A DNA stretch of 64,000 nucleotides, taken from NCBI GenBank assembly GCA_002633005.1, contig NMRA01000453.1, positions 302,872 through 366,871 on the forward strand, in the 5' to 3' direction. The position numbers and the translations under genes were made by a program. The stretch is from Phoronis australis (taxonomy: Eukaryota > Animalia > Phoronida). The notes under the pieces were generated by a model that searched no databases, was not told where the DNA came from, and worked only from the letters and a program-made list of their open reading frames with translations. The first letter of the stretch is position 1. Each line of letters opens with the position of its first letter. Below, piece by piece: positions 12,728-25,840 of this stretch.

Positions 12728-13305
12728 TTGAATCGGTAAAATGAGTCTGGAGGCTCACCAAAACTGAACAGCAACCTGGTGGTTCCAGAAATGCATCATG
12801 AGACGCGCTTCGGAAATGTGTACAAAGTATCGCCCCCTTACGGCGATCACCGCAGATGATTAAAAATGGGCGCGTTTAATTAAATATACAGAGTTAAACC
12901 CTTTTGTATTGAGTATGGCCTCCTATTTGACTGCTATTTTTGCTATTCCTTACTCGAAAACTAAATGCGATGACATATTAAGGTATCGTATAGGCTAGAA
13001 GTCGGTCCTAGTATTTTGAATCACAATACTTATCAAGGCAACACTGTCGCGTGTGGTATTGATTTAATGAGAAGGAAGTGGTATGCAACGGTAACCATCG
13101 TCATTCGAACGTAATACTCGAATCCTTAGCTGCTGGGTCACTTTTGTCCGTAATTGAGGAATATCAAGTGCTTCTTGTGCTTGACCCTCCACTGCCATGA
13201 TCTGCGAGTGACTGTGTTGTTTGAAATTACTTGCAATTGCTTAAAATCAAACATTCTTTGCCTATTCCAATGCTCTTACTCCGCATGTCCTTAAACATAA
13301 CTTAC

Positions 13306-13514
13306 TTTTGAAATTTTGCTTTCGTTATGACATGCTAGTGTTTGTCTAACCATATATTTCCTGCAGGTAATTGTAGCCACCCAGTCAAGTGCGATTTTCT
13401 TCAGCCAAGGGGGTATTCTTCGCCCATGAGAGCCGCCGTGATGTGTTGCCAAAATAAGCACGGAGAAGACCGTAGATAATGCCACGAGGATGATTGAAGC
13501 AGCAAAGAATTTTC
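13306..13514 (-). CDS. nAChR copy A exon 7: M3 and MX helix
   Basis: AG/GTAAGT boundaries, 209 bp, phase 1/0; (G)KFFAASIILVALSTVFSVLILATHHGGSHGRRIPPWLKKIALDWVATITC...SKISK. Confidence 0.92.
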
Positions 13515-15364
13515 CTAAAAAACATCCATCCACATGTAACGCAATATGAATGAATGTATTTTATGTCAATAGTGGAATTATAGTTTTAATTTCCTTTCTA
13601 ACATTCTCAATAGTGATTGATCAGGAACACATGAACACAAAAACGACAACTTATAACAAAGTTACCGGAATGATACTTTGAAATTCTTGTTTCATTGTAA
13701 AACTGACATCCAAATGAGACAGTTGCACCACTCGGAGGCTAATTGAGGTGGCGTATCTCACGTTATTGTCGGCTACATAATGAAACAAGTCAAGGTGCTG
13801 TTATATCATATTAACATATACATAGTACATTAACTAGCAAAGGGCCATTTGAAGTCGACGAAACATTGGCTATTGCACAAATGGATCATTTATAACATCG
13901 GCGATCATATGCTGATGATACTACCCTGATGTCTGTGAGTGACTAAAGCCAAATCAATAAGTTACCCACCCCTTGAAGAGGTCTCGTATTACTAAAGCTA
14001 TGCGATCACGTAAAAGTACTACATGGACTGCAGAGGACATCAGGTATTCATGCGCCGATATCTTCCGCATGACCCTCAACTGGAGATAGACGAAGTGGCG
14101 GTTACGCCTAGGGTGAGTTTACAAAAACAAAAGTGTACATGCAACTAAGCTGTGTTATAAAATTGTATGTGCACAATCTTGCCATCATTTTAAAAATTTC
14201 TTGGGACTTTGCTACCTACCCCATTACCTATTTCGGAAGTTTTGCACTCACTAGTACTAAGCAACATTAGCACCAGAAGCATTGGGGTGGTATCATATCT
14301 GTCAGTGCAATGCACCGGAGCCGAGATCACATTGAACTGCAACTTGAGGGGACTTACAATGTCTGTTAAATTTACGCAGGTGACGAAACACCATCTGAAC
14401 TACACCAAACCGGTGTAGAGAGAATGTATCTACAAGAAAACTACAACGTCGAAACACAACGGCGCTACAGAACTCGAGAAAAAAAATGGCAATTGGTCGT
14501 GAATGACATTTGCAGAAGCCAGGGAATCGTTATCGTGAAAGTAGTAACCACAAGTGATACGCCTGTGTAACTACACTCTTGTCCCCAGCGGGAGAAACCA
14601 ACATGGACACATGACAGCCTCGCTTGGCGTCACAACCAAAGGCTAATACCCACATGCCAATCAATGCACAGAACACGGGAGACGGAATGACCCGGGGATG
14701 AAGACACAACAACAGGTGGAAGCAATTCACTTAACCACTACCGATAGCACTGGCAGATCTATCTAGAAAGCGACCAATGAAAACACCCGAGAGACAAAGA
14801 TAATGACTGGTCGAGAAATTCCACCAATATAACTTTCCATCTCAGACTAGGAACTGCAACACGTCCAAATTCCACACTCTAACGTTATTAAGAATGAAGA
14901 GCTATCTATGCCAAAAGAACAACGTATTTCAACACCAAAAACAGGAAAAATGTGCACATATGGAGATCTAGATCGACACTCAATGCACGAACAGAGGTTG
15001 GTTCACACTATGCTTTTCCCAGGAAAATCGACACATCATTTTCTGGGCCATCTGAAAGACAGAAAGACCACACTTGACAAAGCTGTGACAACAGAAATTC
15101 GTACACGGTACTTTGCTTGACTAAGCGGGAACAACTAATTCTTACTCAGATGTAGACTAACAAGCGTTTTTCTCTCTGGTGCCTTGCTGTAGGACGGTCA
15201 AGGTATCGATCTATGAATATTTTCAAGTTCAGGCTAATATTGAACAATTTTAATACCCCTATTTTACCTGTATACTAGTCTCTTACTGATTTGTGTCATG
15301 TTCTAGTTAACGTTTTAATTGTGCATGTTAAATTTTCTACACCACCTTTTTAAATTGACTTGTC

Positions 15365-15495
15365 TTTATTACTACTACCACTACTAATTCTACTGCTGCT
15401 GCTGCTGTTGCTGCTGCTGTTACTGCTGGTGCAACTCTTGTTGCTGCTGCTGCTGCTACTACTGCTGCTGCTGCTGCTGCTGCTACTGGTACTAA
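15365..15495. repeat. (CTG/CTA)n trinucleotide microsatellite
   Basis: Seen directly; source of the poly-L and poly-S ORFs; positionally equivalent to 51945-52220 (both followed by AACTGCCCGA). Confidence 0.95.
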
Positions 15496-15559
15496 CTGCC
15501 CGAGTGCCAAGACGAGGGATATGGGGTGTTAAACGATCTGATAACACTTTGTTTAACAG

Positions 15560-16140
15560 GCTCATCTCTGTTCCAATGTCACGACACCTCATGCAAATCA
15601 AGCAAACGTTTGATGTCTATCACCTCAACGTGAAGTCAACTGAAGACAAGTGAGATCACAATACAGCTGCACACGCTAACTACATGTACAATATGAAGAT
15701 CAGTCTTGTTCAAAAGGTCTTAGATGTGGCAATTACCAAGTTTTCAACATCCTCAAAGATTTACTCATCCTGAAACACCTTATACTGAAGTGTGTGTTGA
15801 AGAGGCCATGCAAGGCCAACTTTCTAAAACGTAATATGTGGAATCCTGTCTGGTTAACTATTCAGAATCGCCCATCTGTTGACTCCCAGACAATTATGTA
15901 CAAGTGAAAGATGCGCCGCAGAAGATGGTGAGCTGTTCATAGTGCACAATACCCACGACCTTCTCCTGTTGATGTGGATTCTCAGTCATTCACCTCAGAC
16001 AGCCTCCATCTCTAGCATCGATCTCCCCATACCAACAGCGTATGGTACGTGAAGCCATCGCCAAAATTCACCGAGGAACTTGATTGTGTTTTACATGTAG
16101 CTGCATCACTGTTTCATGACTGCACGGATGCAACTAGGTA
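15560..16140 (+). mobile_element. Possible highly decayed LINE (CR1/L2-like ORF1 end and APE endonuclease start), shared with 55410-55980
   Basis: The copy B version reads LPGNFVYRKD, resembling the PGY..YRKDR motif of APE domains; many stops and frameshifts. Confidence 0.3.
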
Positions 16141-16151
16141 CATGTATTTAA

Positions 16152-17595
16152 AGGAGAATGCCACCCGATTTAATTAGTCTTTTATAACGTCTTAATCTGT
16201 CTATATACACATCGCCTCTTATACAGTTGACCTCACCTTGCCGTGAAGTGTCGCGTTAACCTGCGAGGAAGGTGAGAAACGACACAGCGACGTCAGTGGT
16301 TCGTCTACAGAGTGAATACCGCTATATCGCGGTGCATCGTTCCCGCTTGTCCGAAATATGAAGCTGCGAAGAAAGCGGGTATATCGTTTTTTCGACTTCC
16401 TCGAGTGTCCGAAATGCTTAGGAAGAGGCTCGCGGTAGTGAAGAATGAAAGGTACGCTGTTAATAACAAGTATGAGGTCGTGAAAAATCTCCGTGTCTGT
16501 GGCAGGCATTTCGTCGACAGTGATTTCTCTGACGAATTCCGGCTTACCAAAGAACTATCTATAAGTTCCGTTGCCTGTTTATGTTCACGGCGCCTCTAGT
16601 ATTTCTTGATCAGTGTATTCGAATTGATAGCTTGTGAAACCTAACGATCCGATCCGTGAAGTCTTCGTCCAATGAGCTCTTGACTAACTACATGTAAGTC
16701 GGGCGAGTTGCCATGTAGACTTATTATTCTGCGTTCTGTCTCAAAATGAATTATTCTCATCCTAACCAAGGCTTATATAAAACTGAAACAAAGTCTGTCT
16801 CATTAAAGCTATGGTCACACGTTAGGGGAATCTTTATTCAGAAATACAAATACATTATTTAAGTCATTGTTACTGTACAACCTTTGCCCTGACAGTGTGT
16901 GGAAGGGGAACCCCGACTCCGCGGCCCCCGACGACAAGTAAGTAGATTTTCAGTTTCGTGGCTAATTCCCATTATTTCTTTGGCTCACTATTGTAGTCTT
17001 TTCGTGACTGGAGGTTTAGTTTCCAACTAAAGCTGATTTATGTTCGTGCCAGTCCCAGCGGCCTCGACGGGCCTGATCGGGTTCCGAGCCACTGGTCTGG
17101 ATAACAAGCGTTTTGTGTGTTTAGAACTCAAAAAAATCATCAGTCTAAACAACACAGTTCTAGGTTCTCCTGTCTGGATTTCACGGAAGAATAGGACTAC
17201 TTCGACTGCATCTCCGCACAGTCCCCAAACTCCTACTATGGACCTTGGTAAATTGGCCGGCCGAACTTTGTAGTCTACGGTGTGCCCAAATACCAATGAA
17301 TCCGCAACAAAACAACACGTTTTTATAAGAACTCAGGGTATTTATAAGGGTTTTACATCGAAGTTTGATTATTTATTGGTGTTAAACGATGAATTCAAGC
17401 GATAACCTGACACCAGTAACCCGTGTTGTGAACTGCTGAACGGACTGCGTGTGAAACCAATTGCGTCATTGGATAATTTCAACACCTCCGTCTGCCGTCA
17501 GGTGTCAGGTAACGCAACCGAACGTGCCGTTATCGAGTATAACTACTCGATCTAAATTGATACAAAATGGGTTGTTTTTTGGGTGGCATTCTCCT
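16152..17595 (+). mobile_element. Kolobok-like non-autonomous DNA transposon with THAP-domain remnant
   Basis: TTAA on both sides, TIRs AGGAGAATGCCACCC / GGGTGGCATTCTCCT; the equivalent site in copy B has a single TTAA (catgtatTTAAtgtaaaaa, about 55982-56000). TTAA TSD, purine-starting ends and a THAP domain are Kolobok hallmarks. Confidence 0.82.
16312..16599 (+). pseudogene. THAP zinc-finger fragment of a transposase
   Basis: RCIVPACPK...ISFFRLP...RVCGRHF (C2CH THAP signature); no ATG, the conserved Trp reads Arg here (TGG is retained in the copy near 52562), and no catalytic domain follows. Confidence 0.8.
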
Positions 17596-17630
17596 TTAAT
17601 GTAAAAACACAAACACGTGTTCTACGTTAC

Positions 17631-17896
17631 CAATTAAAGGAACAGCAGCTGAATTTGGAGGCATCGTCTCTGCCACAAGCAGCAAGAACACCGTCAATGA
17701 GAGCATGCACGTGACTAGCAGCGATACTTTCTCTCCTGAGTCTGGTGGAAGGAGAAACCCCATGGCGGTAGTAGCGATGATTACAACACACGGCAGCAGT
17801 AAGTTGAAAATATAGAACAGCGGACGTCTCCGCATTACAATTGAGAAGGTCAATGTTGCGTATGGCTCAGGGCAACAACCATAGAATTCCACTTTT
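17631..17896 (-). CDS. nAChR copy A exon 6: loop C, M1, M2, M2-M3 loop
   Basis: 266 bp, phase 2/1; [12 protein letters not shown] (vicinal cysteines define an alpha subunit), [15 protein letters not shown] (M1), [31 protein letters not shown] (cation-type GEK M2). Confidence 0.96.
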
Positions 17897-18738
17897 CTGG
17901 AAAAACAGGATAAATGCATCATTAGTTCAGTCCGTGTATATCATCTCTTATTTACCTACATGTACACGTAGAAGACAACCAAACGTTGATTGTTTTCAGA
18001 GGTTTCCGTTCTAGTGTCCTGAGACTGGCACAAAGCACGTGACATTTTACTTGGATAAGGCACATATTGTGGCTGACGTGTCATTTAAAAATATCTGTTT
18101 ACTTAGTAAAGTCACAACTTCAATGTCCTTAGACGGATCTTTTTGAATCATTTGGGATTTTTTGACGTCTGTTTTCTTGTCGATTGGCCCCGTTATGTTC
18201 ATGGATATTTGACGACGATGATGATGTTGGTGTTGGTGTTGATGATGACGGTAATGATAATGATGATATTGTCGTTTTCAAGGTCGTTTTGACGTCAGTG
18301 GCGTCCCTTGGCCTGGTCGGTGTCATGGCGTCTTGTGAAAAGATCGATAACGGTGGCGATGCCACTGTCGGCATTATCGGTTTTGGTGGAGGTATCGTTC
18401 TACTGTCCTCGTCATTATTTGCGATTTTCACATCACTGTCAGTGCATCAGCGCCGTCAACAGTGTTAGTGGAGGCAACGTCAACTATGCCAATACTGTTG
18501 TTATAGTTTGGTGGCGGAATTGCGGTTTTGTTGTCAGTTCCATCGGTGATGTCGTGGTATGAGGTCGTCTTATGCATCGCCATTGGTTTCATGGTGGTTG
18601 TCGTCTGAGGTTTCAAGGCTTTCGTGATTAAACTCTACTTTTCTGTCGATTTTCCCAAGTGTCGCTCTGTCAGATTTGCATAGCTGACAAGTGCATGGGT
18701 ACGCTTGTGCCCGGACATGGTGTTTAATATACCAGACT

Positions 18739-19036
18739 CAGTAGCGGATCTAGGATACCATAAGGGAGGGGGACCAACATGTTGCCTCGGGGAATTGGGC
18801 AAAGAGCGAGTGAGTGTATGTGCACAAGCGCCCGAAGATGGGGGGCCGGGGATGTGAACCTTCTGTCCAAAAAATCTATCGGTAGACTAAAAAAGGCAAC
18901 ACGATGCCTCCGCAATCTGAGGGTCTGCTACAGTTCCTGGTTATTAAACTTAATATTTCCTCACGCTTCACGCTGTTGCTGTTTCATTTTGCTTGCGGCA
19001 GCCAAGATGGCCCTGCCCCCCCTAAATCTGCCTATG
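18739..19036. mobile_element. MITE, CAGTAGCGGATC...GCCTATG termini, 5-bp TSD AGACT
   Basis: Perfect AGACT duplication; absent from the equivalent copy B intron (about 56950). Related ends at 10632, 26119, 61865. Confidence 0.8.
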
Positions 19037-19173
19037 AGACTTCAGTAATTGTTAGGATAGCAGTGCAGTCTACTTTAACTGTTTTTATAGATCGATTCGT
19101 GTATGTTTAAGTATGATTATGGACCAACTCCACTAGAATTCTTCGATTTTGCACTGCTGACGTTGCCCCTCAC

Positions 19174-19446
19174 CTCTCTACAGGCATGCCATGAACGGAC
19201 CACTCTCCGTTGTTTTTGAAAGAGCTAACGTCTCCCGACGTCGACCGATTTTGGATGTCTAACTGGAATCCATGCTGCGTCCAAGAACCCACTGTAAGGT
19301 GACAGATTTGTTGGTCGTAGGGGAATTCGTCTATGTTCAGATTACAAGCGCTAGTTAAGGGTACAGGCGCCAGCCATACCATGGATCCGTCAGGATATAC
19401 CGAGACGCTATAGCCAAGCATTGGGGTCATTCCGATTTGTCCAACG
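19174..19446 (-). CDS. nAChR copy A exon 5: loop E, Cys-loop, loop B, loop F
   Basis: 273 bp, phase 2/2; CNLNIDEFPYDQQIC (C-x13-C Cys-loop), GSWTQHG, NGEW. Confidence 0.96.
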
Positions 19447-20029
19447 CTGAAGTAAATAAATAAAAGGCATTGCAGTATTTTGAAAGTATTATCAAACAAA
19501 TTAATATTGCGAAACAACAAAATATCAATACTAAATTTGCCATGGCGAATCGGCTGGTTAATAAGCAGTGTTAAAGTCCTACACAGACAGCTAGCTAGAT
19601 GTTTTTGACTCAAAATCAAAATACTTTTACAGCTTTGTACCAAATCTATTTTCTAATAGTGTACAAAGAGGCAAGTCGTGCGCGTGGGAGTATTTTTGGT
19701 GTGTGGTCTAGTGTGCGACGTCTGTACAAATAGTCACTACAGGAGCTACGGAATACATAAATAAATAAAACTAAAATAAAAAGCAGTTGATATGGGGCGC
19801 AGACCCCCAGCAGTGACGTTTGGTTTGACTTCCTAATGTCTACAGGGAGACTGTTTCACATGACATAACATGATTTCTTGACCTTTGCACAGTGTACTCG
19901 GCACGTAAATCAAACCAAAGTCTTCGAAGTTAGAGACGACTTTCCGGTACCACACAATGGACTACAAACGTTATCAAAAATCTCAAACACAATCTGACGC
20001 ATAATTATTCACAAATTAAAATAACTTAC

Positions 20030-20139
20030 TCATTATAAAGAGTGATGTCAGGTATCCACACCTTCTTGGGCGACATAATTAAGGACGTAACTCCATCAAA
20101 TACTGCAGGGTCCCAATGTAAGTATTCGTCCGTCCAATA
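20030..20139 (-). CDS. nAChR copy A exon 4 (110 bp): loop A
   Basis: tttcAG/GTAAGT; YWTDEYLHWDPAVFDGVTSLIMSPKKVWIPDITLYN(D); 110 bp is the conserved exon size in nAChR genes. Not in the ORF track in this frame. Confidence 0.95.
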
Positions 20140-21541
20140 CTGAAACACTCAAATTTTGGTAATGGCAAAGCTACATTTTCAAGTGGAAAATCTTCACTTT
20201 TTTTAAAATAGTATCCCGATTTGACGACATTACCCGAAGATGGTTTAGTCGCCTGCGGTTTCATCCTAGCGCTTCACTTGAGAGTTAAAAAAATATTCGC
20301 TGAACTACTGTACTTAAACAATTGATATCACAGAGAGGGGTGTCATATATCCCAACTCACCAATAGCTTTACTCGCACTTATCCAATCAGAAGATTTGGC
20401 AAACCGTTTTCAAACATTCTCTTAACGTTTTAACGAGGGGTACAAATCATTACACTGTTTCTAATATGATCAGTTTTTGTAATTCATATGCTAAAACTTA
20501 TGACATCAAACAAGGTTTAGTATGCTTTTTCTTTTCTGGTACGAAAAATGCTAGTCCTTTAAAGGGGCATGAAATGCAAAGAAAACTGAATTGCATGATT
20601 CAAAATCAAAATCATTCTCTGTCACTGAAACAGAGGTCAAACTGTTCACCCGGTATTTTTACGGTTGCTCGTAAAGATTTTGAATCTCTTTTGATGTCAA
20701 AGCATTTTTCCTTTAGTTTCAAATTTCAAACACGACCTGTCAGCTGCTCGTCACCTCTTTGATTTTCTCCTACAGGGCAAAGCACGTCTCCTTATTCACA
20801 CGCGCATATATATTACTAGGGACGGAGAATTTGAAAAGCTTGTTGGGATGAAATAGTTCATAGCTCGTCTGTGTGTCAAAAATAGTGAATCTGACGTTTT
20901 TCTCTATAAATTCCTGTAATAATCAAAGTGAACAATCTCACGTTAACATGGCTAAGAGCTGGATTCGCCACAATCTCTTTGGAGGGCATTTTTATGAGTT
21001 CGTGTTCCAGACCTGTTTAAAAGACCAAAAAATCTAATTACACCCGGTACACCCACCGATGTCAAGACCACTGGAGAACCATTTACACGTAATGTGTATA
21101 ACATGACTGATTTGCTTACTCGGCAATAATTATCGTTAAGTGGCTGGAACCAATTTTCATATTGGGAAAGAACAAATGGAAATGAAACAGTTTGATTCAA
21201 ATTCAACTTTCGCACAAGGCTTAAATAGTCATAGAAACCTAAAATATAATTTCAAACAAAAGCACTTAAGTGGTAAATTTATCCTGTGCAAAGGTAACAT
21301 GATTGAACAAAAACCAAAATTACGAGAACAGCAAGAAAACGAACACTGTAATGTTAACCGAAGTGCATAGAATTGTTTGGTTTTCTGTAGATTTCCATTG
21401 TTTCTGTCATGGAGACCAACCAACCATGAAGATAAATTGTCATTTTATTTGCATAGACAACGGCACCTAATTATCCATTGAAGTGAATAGCACTTCCAAC
21501 AAATAAATTTGTATGGTGACCAAGCAGTATCGTATACCTAC

Positions 21542-21586
21542 CAGCCTCATCCACACCATAGATTTTAATATTTGATTCTTCTCATC
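21542..21586 (-). CDS. nAChR copy A exon 3 (45 bp): loop D
   Basis: tttttgtAG/GTAGGT; DEKNQILKSMVWMRL, the conserved 45-bp DEKNQ exon, phase 0/0. Confidence 0.93.
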
Positions 21587-22082
21587 CTACAAAAACCAAA
21601 ATATTCTAACATAGTCACAACTGGTTTGCTGTATTTGTATTATAACAAGGCTAAAACCTATTGCTAAGGAGTCCAAACCAAGATTCATTACCTAAATGTG
21701 AATAGCGCAACCAAGATTCATTACCTAATGTGAATAGCGCACTTTCGATTGAAAGACGAACCGTCTGATAGGAAAGGTTTTGCGTGATTTCACGTTTTCA
21801 AGAAGTTTATGGAAACGCACCATTAAGCAAATATTACGGTAACAGGAACTGCACGCAAGTGGACGAGAAAGCGCGCACTGTTTACCCCAGACTATCCAGC
21901 GAAGTCCTCGGCACATCAAAGGCTTGATGGCGCCGTCATGGATTAAACTGAGATAGTCGCTATTCATGGGATTGGGTGAACGTAATTGGGGTAGTGATTG
22001 AAATCGAATTTTTTGTCTGATTCTTCTAGTGCTTGAGTGTGATGCCCGTATCCACTCTCCTCTCTGCATAATAATTGTCCAG

Positions 22083-22441
22083 GGGCCTGTTCCAAGAAAC
22101 TGACTTAAGTTCATTTTTGACTTAAGTTTAAGATTTGTCTTAAGAGTGCAGTACACTTCAGACCAGGCAAAAATCCATGCAGGGGTGATAAACCCTATGT
22201 GACGGATTTGGATCATATTATGCATTTTTGTTTACTTTCTTATGGTAATTACTAAAATGCACTTTAAACAAATTCTATCGCGTTAGGTAGCTTAAAAGTC
22301 GGGTACCTCAGTTTTCACTGAAAAACACTATCAGAAGTTACCCCAATAATCACAGTTTTCGNGACAACTTTAACTTATATTTTAAAATTTACTGAAATGT
22401 AAGATTTGTCTTAGCTAAGTCAGTTTTGTTGGAACGGGCCC
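22083..22441. mobile_element. PIF/Harbinger-type MITE, 3-bp TSD CAG
   Basis: TIRs GGGCCTGTTCCAAGAAACTGACTTA / TAAGTCAGTTTTGTTGGAACGGGCCC flanked by CAG. Confidence 0.75.
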
Positions 22442-23761
22442 CAGTTCTTGCTCAAAATTGTCCTCGTCTTCTGATCAGCTGTGATCCGCCATTGCAACTG
22501 ATTATCAAGTAACAAAACGTCTTCCACCCATTACATCATTTGGTGGGAAACTTGGAAACAATGAATTTTTTTTCAAAATTAAAAAAAATCGCTTCTATTT
22601 GGCAACAAAATGCTTGTTTAGTTAGATTTTATGATATTCATCTCATAATAACTAACTCAAACCTCAAAAACTAAGGAAATGCATGGCGGTGAGAGCTGCA
22701 CAAAATCCTGGATCTGCGCCTGTTGGGAGACGCGTACACCCCTATCCTCCCCTTCATACTTGTATGTTCCTATTTAATGAGTATTGGTTGTCCCCGATTT
22801 CTTGTGTAGGGAGAGGGGCACTGGCTCCAGCTGTGCCTATGATGGGATTTTTAACTATCTGAATGTACATGTAAGGTGAAATCGGTTTACGCGGAATTGA
22901 TATAATGCTCCGCAACACAAATTACAACGCAGAAATAGGACTTTTCCTTCCCATACATCACATTGGCTTCCTTTCCAAATGTCGTCCGTCCTTTGCTTTT
23001 TTCGGATATTTCCTTCCAATTCGAATGTCCGTTCTTCCCATTTCTAGGCCGTCCTTCCCATTGTTGAAGTCCTTCCCAACATCAAGTCGGACTTCAAATT
23101 GGATGAAAGAAAATTCAAACGTACGGTAATACTAACGATTTTTTCGTATGGTGGTATCATCATCATTTTATGCTCCTGCTCGAATGACAATGCCTCAAAA
23201 ATATAAGAGATATAAGAGATTTTCGACTGCATGAGTGCAGAAATAGTATTAATTGACGACCGACGACTCTGCAATTCATCTTTGCAAGACATGCTGATAC
23301 CAAATAGATAAAAACACAAAAATGGCAACTGGTAGTTTCATTGCATCTACTTTTCACTGTCTCCAACAAGGCGCGCATGCTATTTAATAGATGCCGAGAA
23401 AGGAAAAAGTCTTATGGCGTTTCCAACTACAACTTTAAAATATATAACGCGCATGAGAAATGTAGTTGGTAATTATGTGTAGATAATTAGGTTTAACGCA
23501 GTTTCACTTTTAAGCAACTGGGGATCAAGGTCATTACCAATTCGAAGACTTTGCTATTATTTCATGATATTTCAGTCCTAGTATGGCCGTATCAATTGCA
23601 AAAGTGACCTATCTCCGAAAAATGAAGCACGGAGTGATTTAGCATAACTGCATGTAACTGATTTTTAGGGCAAAATTCCGATTTCGCACCAATGAGCTTG
23701 AAAAGCAAACAGGGTGAGTTTGTGACAAAACTAGACGTTTGCCCGGCAGTGTATGACTTAC

Positions 23762-23901
23762 CATATCGATGATCTGATGGATGGCCATGCCCACTTTCAC
23801 CGTCACAGCCCTTGAAGAATTGAGCACAGGTCTAACTGCTGGATCGTACGTTGCTGTTAAATTTCGAATCAAATTGTACTCCCCGCTCGAACAAAGGCAT
23901 A
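23762..23901 (-). CDS. nAChR copy A exon 2 (140 bp): mature N-terminus
   Basis: ttttccAG/GTAAGT, phase 1/0; CLCSSGEYNLIRNLTATYDPAVRPVLNSSRAVTVKVGMAIHQIIDM (Y...RPV.N motif). Confidence 0.93.
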
Positions 23902-24311
23902 CTGGAAAATGGATTCATGTCAATATTATTATGTGTTTGGGCTAGTGCTGCACAGTTGACGTAGTATCAAAAGAAATTTTTAGATTTCAAGAAGACTAAG
24001 AAGACTTGGGATCTTAGTAAAGCAATACTGCTACTAAATTATGACGCAATTTGGACTCTCAACAAATAGGAATACAAAGGCATTCGCATTGTCAAAAGTT
24101 CTAAGGTCTTGGATTTTCACCGATTAAGTCATTTTGCACCGGAGGCTTTTGCAGAAATTACACGTTTGCATTAGTGAGTGTGCGCCGACAACGCGTGGTC
24201 CCATTGTATGCGACCGAGGAGTACATAAGGATTAAGATTTGCTAGGTTTATAGCCCGTTAATAACTTTCATAATGCTTAATAATTTACAGTGCTACGTAA
24301 ATCTGAACTAA

Positions 24312-24481
24312 GAATTATTATTAATATTATTATTATCATCATTATCATTATTATCATTATCATTACTATTACTATTATTATTATTATTATTATTATTATT
24401 ATCATTATTATTGTTACTGTTACTGTTACTGTTATTGTTATTATTATTATTTTTATTACTATTGCTGTTGTTGTTGTTGTT
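24312..24481. repeat. (ATT/ATC/GTT)n microsatellite
   Basis: Seen directly; source of the poly-I ORFs. Confidence 0.95.
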
Positions 24482-25721
24482 TTCAACTTTTGCATTTTAA
24501 TTTATTTGATTGGGTCCAAATTGTGACATCATATTAAAAATGAATCATGCTCATTTGCTATGAAGTCCAATTCATATGCTGTATATTACTAGGTGTACAT
24601 TACAACGTCGTGCGGAAATGACGAGTTCTATCGAATAGGCGTGAATTGACTACAGAGTAAACACCAACGTCATAAAGACACATAGAGCCGAGAATCCGAT
24701 GCGTGAACGAGTCTAAATTGTGAAGCCCTAGCAATTGAAAAGCTCGGAAAGCCTCAGAAAAAGAAAATCGCTTGCGATTGTATAGCTCAATTTATGTGTT
24801 TAGTGAATTAAATCAAACTACTCAAATGATAAAAGTTGCTCCACCTATTAGACTGAACGCAAGGCTGTGGCCTTATTGATCCGAGGGGTTTTGAAAATCT
24901 CTTAATAACGGTATTGGTCTTCGGAGCATTTTCCATTTTTTTGTTACCCTGCCAAAATCAACAAAGTCAACTAAGCGGTAAATTAAATGCATTAACTTCG
25001 ATCGATGCATTCTCTATTGTCATGTAGTCCACTTGCACTAGAACAAAGAGATCTGAAAAGGTACAGTAGGTAGAACACCAAAAGCTGACCCGCTTTAAAA
25101 TACTAGATAACGGTGGCCGTTTCCCACCCGACACATTGAATTTTGAAGACAGTAACGAAAACGCCCCTGTATGACAATTGGTTGGAGTGGATTGAGGCTA
25201 TTATACTGTTAAATGTCGGTGTGAAAAAATGGATTTGAAAGAGTACTCGAAAGTGATCGTTTTACGGTGTCAACATTTCAAACAGTAACTAAAGAGCTGA
25301 AGTGGATAGTCCTCTGTTTTGCAATTCAAATGATATATGCACATATTTCGTGACTACCTGAAGGATATTTGACGTTTTGTAAACTGTCATGGTGAATTTT
25401 AATGGACCAATTTGTCGTTTTGCAATTTAATAAGGATTTTCTCTTGGCCAAAGAATAATAAAAAACGTTTAACCAATCAAACCCATGTGTTTATATCAAG
25501 GCAGTAACTCTGCTGCCATTTTTGATACGGAATGACTACATTTACTAGTGCACCTTCTATTTCAACGATTTTTCTTCGAAAAAAACTTTGGTATCATGTG
25601 ATTGGTGCCTAAATATTGTGAACAAAAATGGCACTGATGTTTTATAATCGATTACTATAGTAACGCTGTTATTCTCTTACGGTGAAAAAACATTTCATAC
25701 ACGGCATAACGTTATACCGTA

Positions 25722-25739
25722 ATATATATATATATATAT

Positions 25740-25790
<51 letters not shown>

Positions 25791-25840
25791 TATACATATA
25801 TATATATATATATATATTATTATTATTATTATTATTATTA
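25722..25840. repeat. Compound (TA)n-(CATACA)n-(ATT)n microsatellite
   Basis: Seen directly. Confidence 0.95.

Noticed and set aside
13090-13245. Possible extra M3-M4 loop exon in a stretch conserved between paralogs
   Set aside because: The phase-0 frame hits a stop, the AG acceptor is lost in copy B, and indels differ; exons 7 and 8 already join in frame.
15350-15653. Poly-Leu/Ser ORFs; also poly-Ile (24277-24526), poly-Ala/Thr (51930-52257) and Asp/Val-rich ORFs (18129-18616)
   Set aside because: Translations of intronic trinucleotide or low-complexity repeats whose lengths differ between paralogs. The Ala/Thr ORF only superficially resembles an antifreeze glycoprotein.
17631-17896. Anion-selective or ligand-divergent chemosensory nAChR
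   Set aside because: The GEK motif (no PAR-type proline insertion) and all principal aromatic residues plus the vicinal cysteines are retained.
21677-21741. 33-bp direct duplication near the exon 3 acceptor
   Set aside because: Two-copy slippage-type duplication about 90 bp from the splice site, with no evidence of function.
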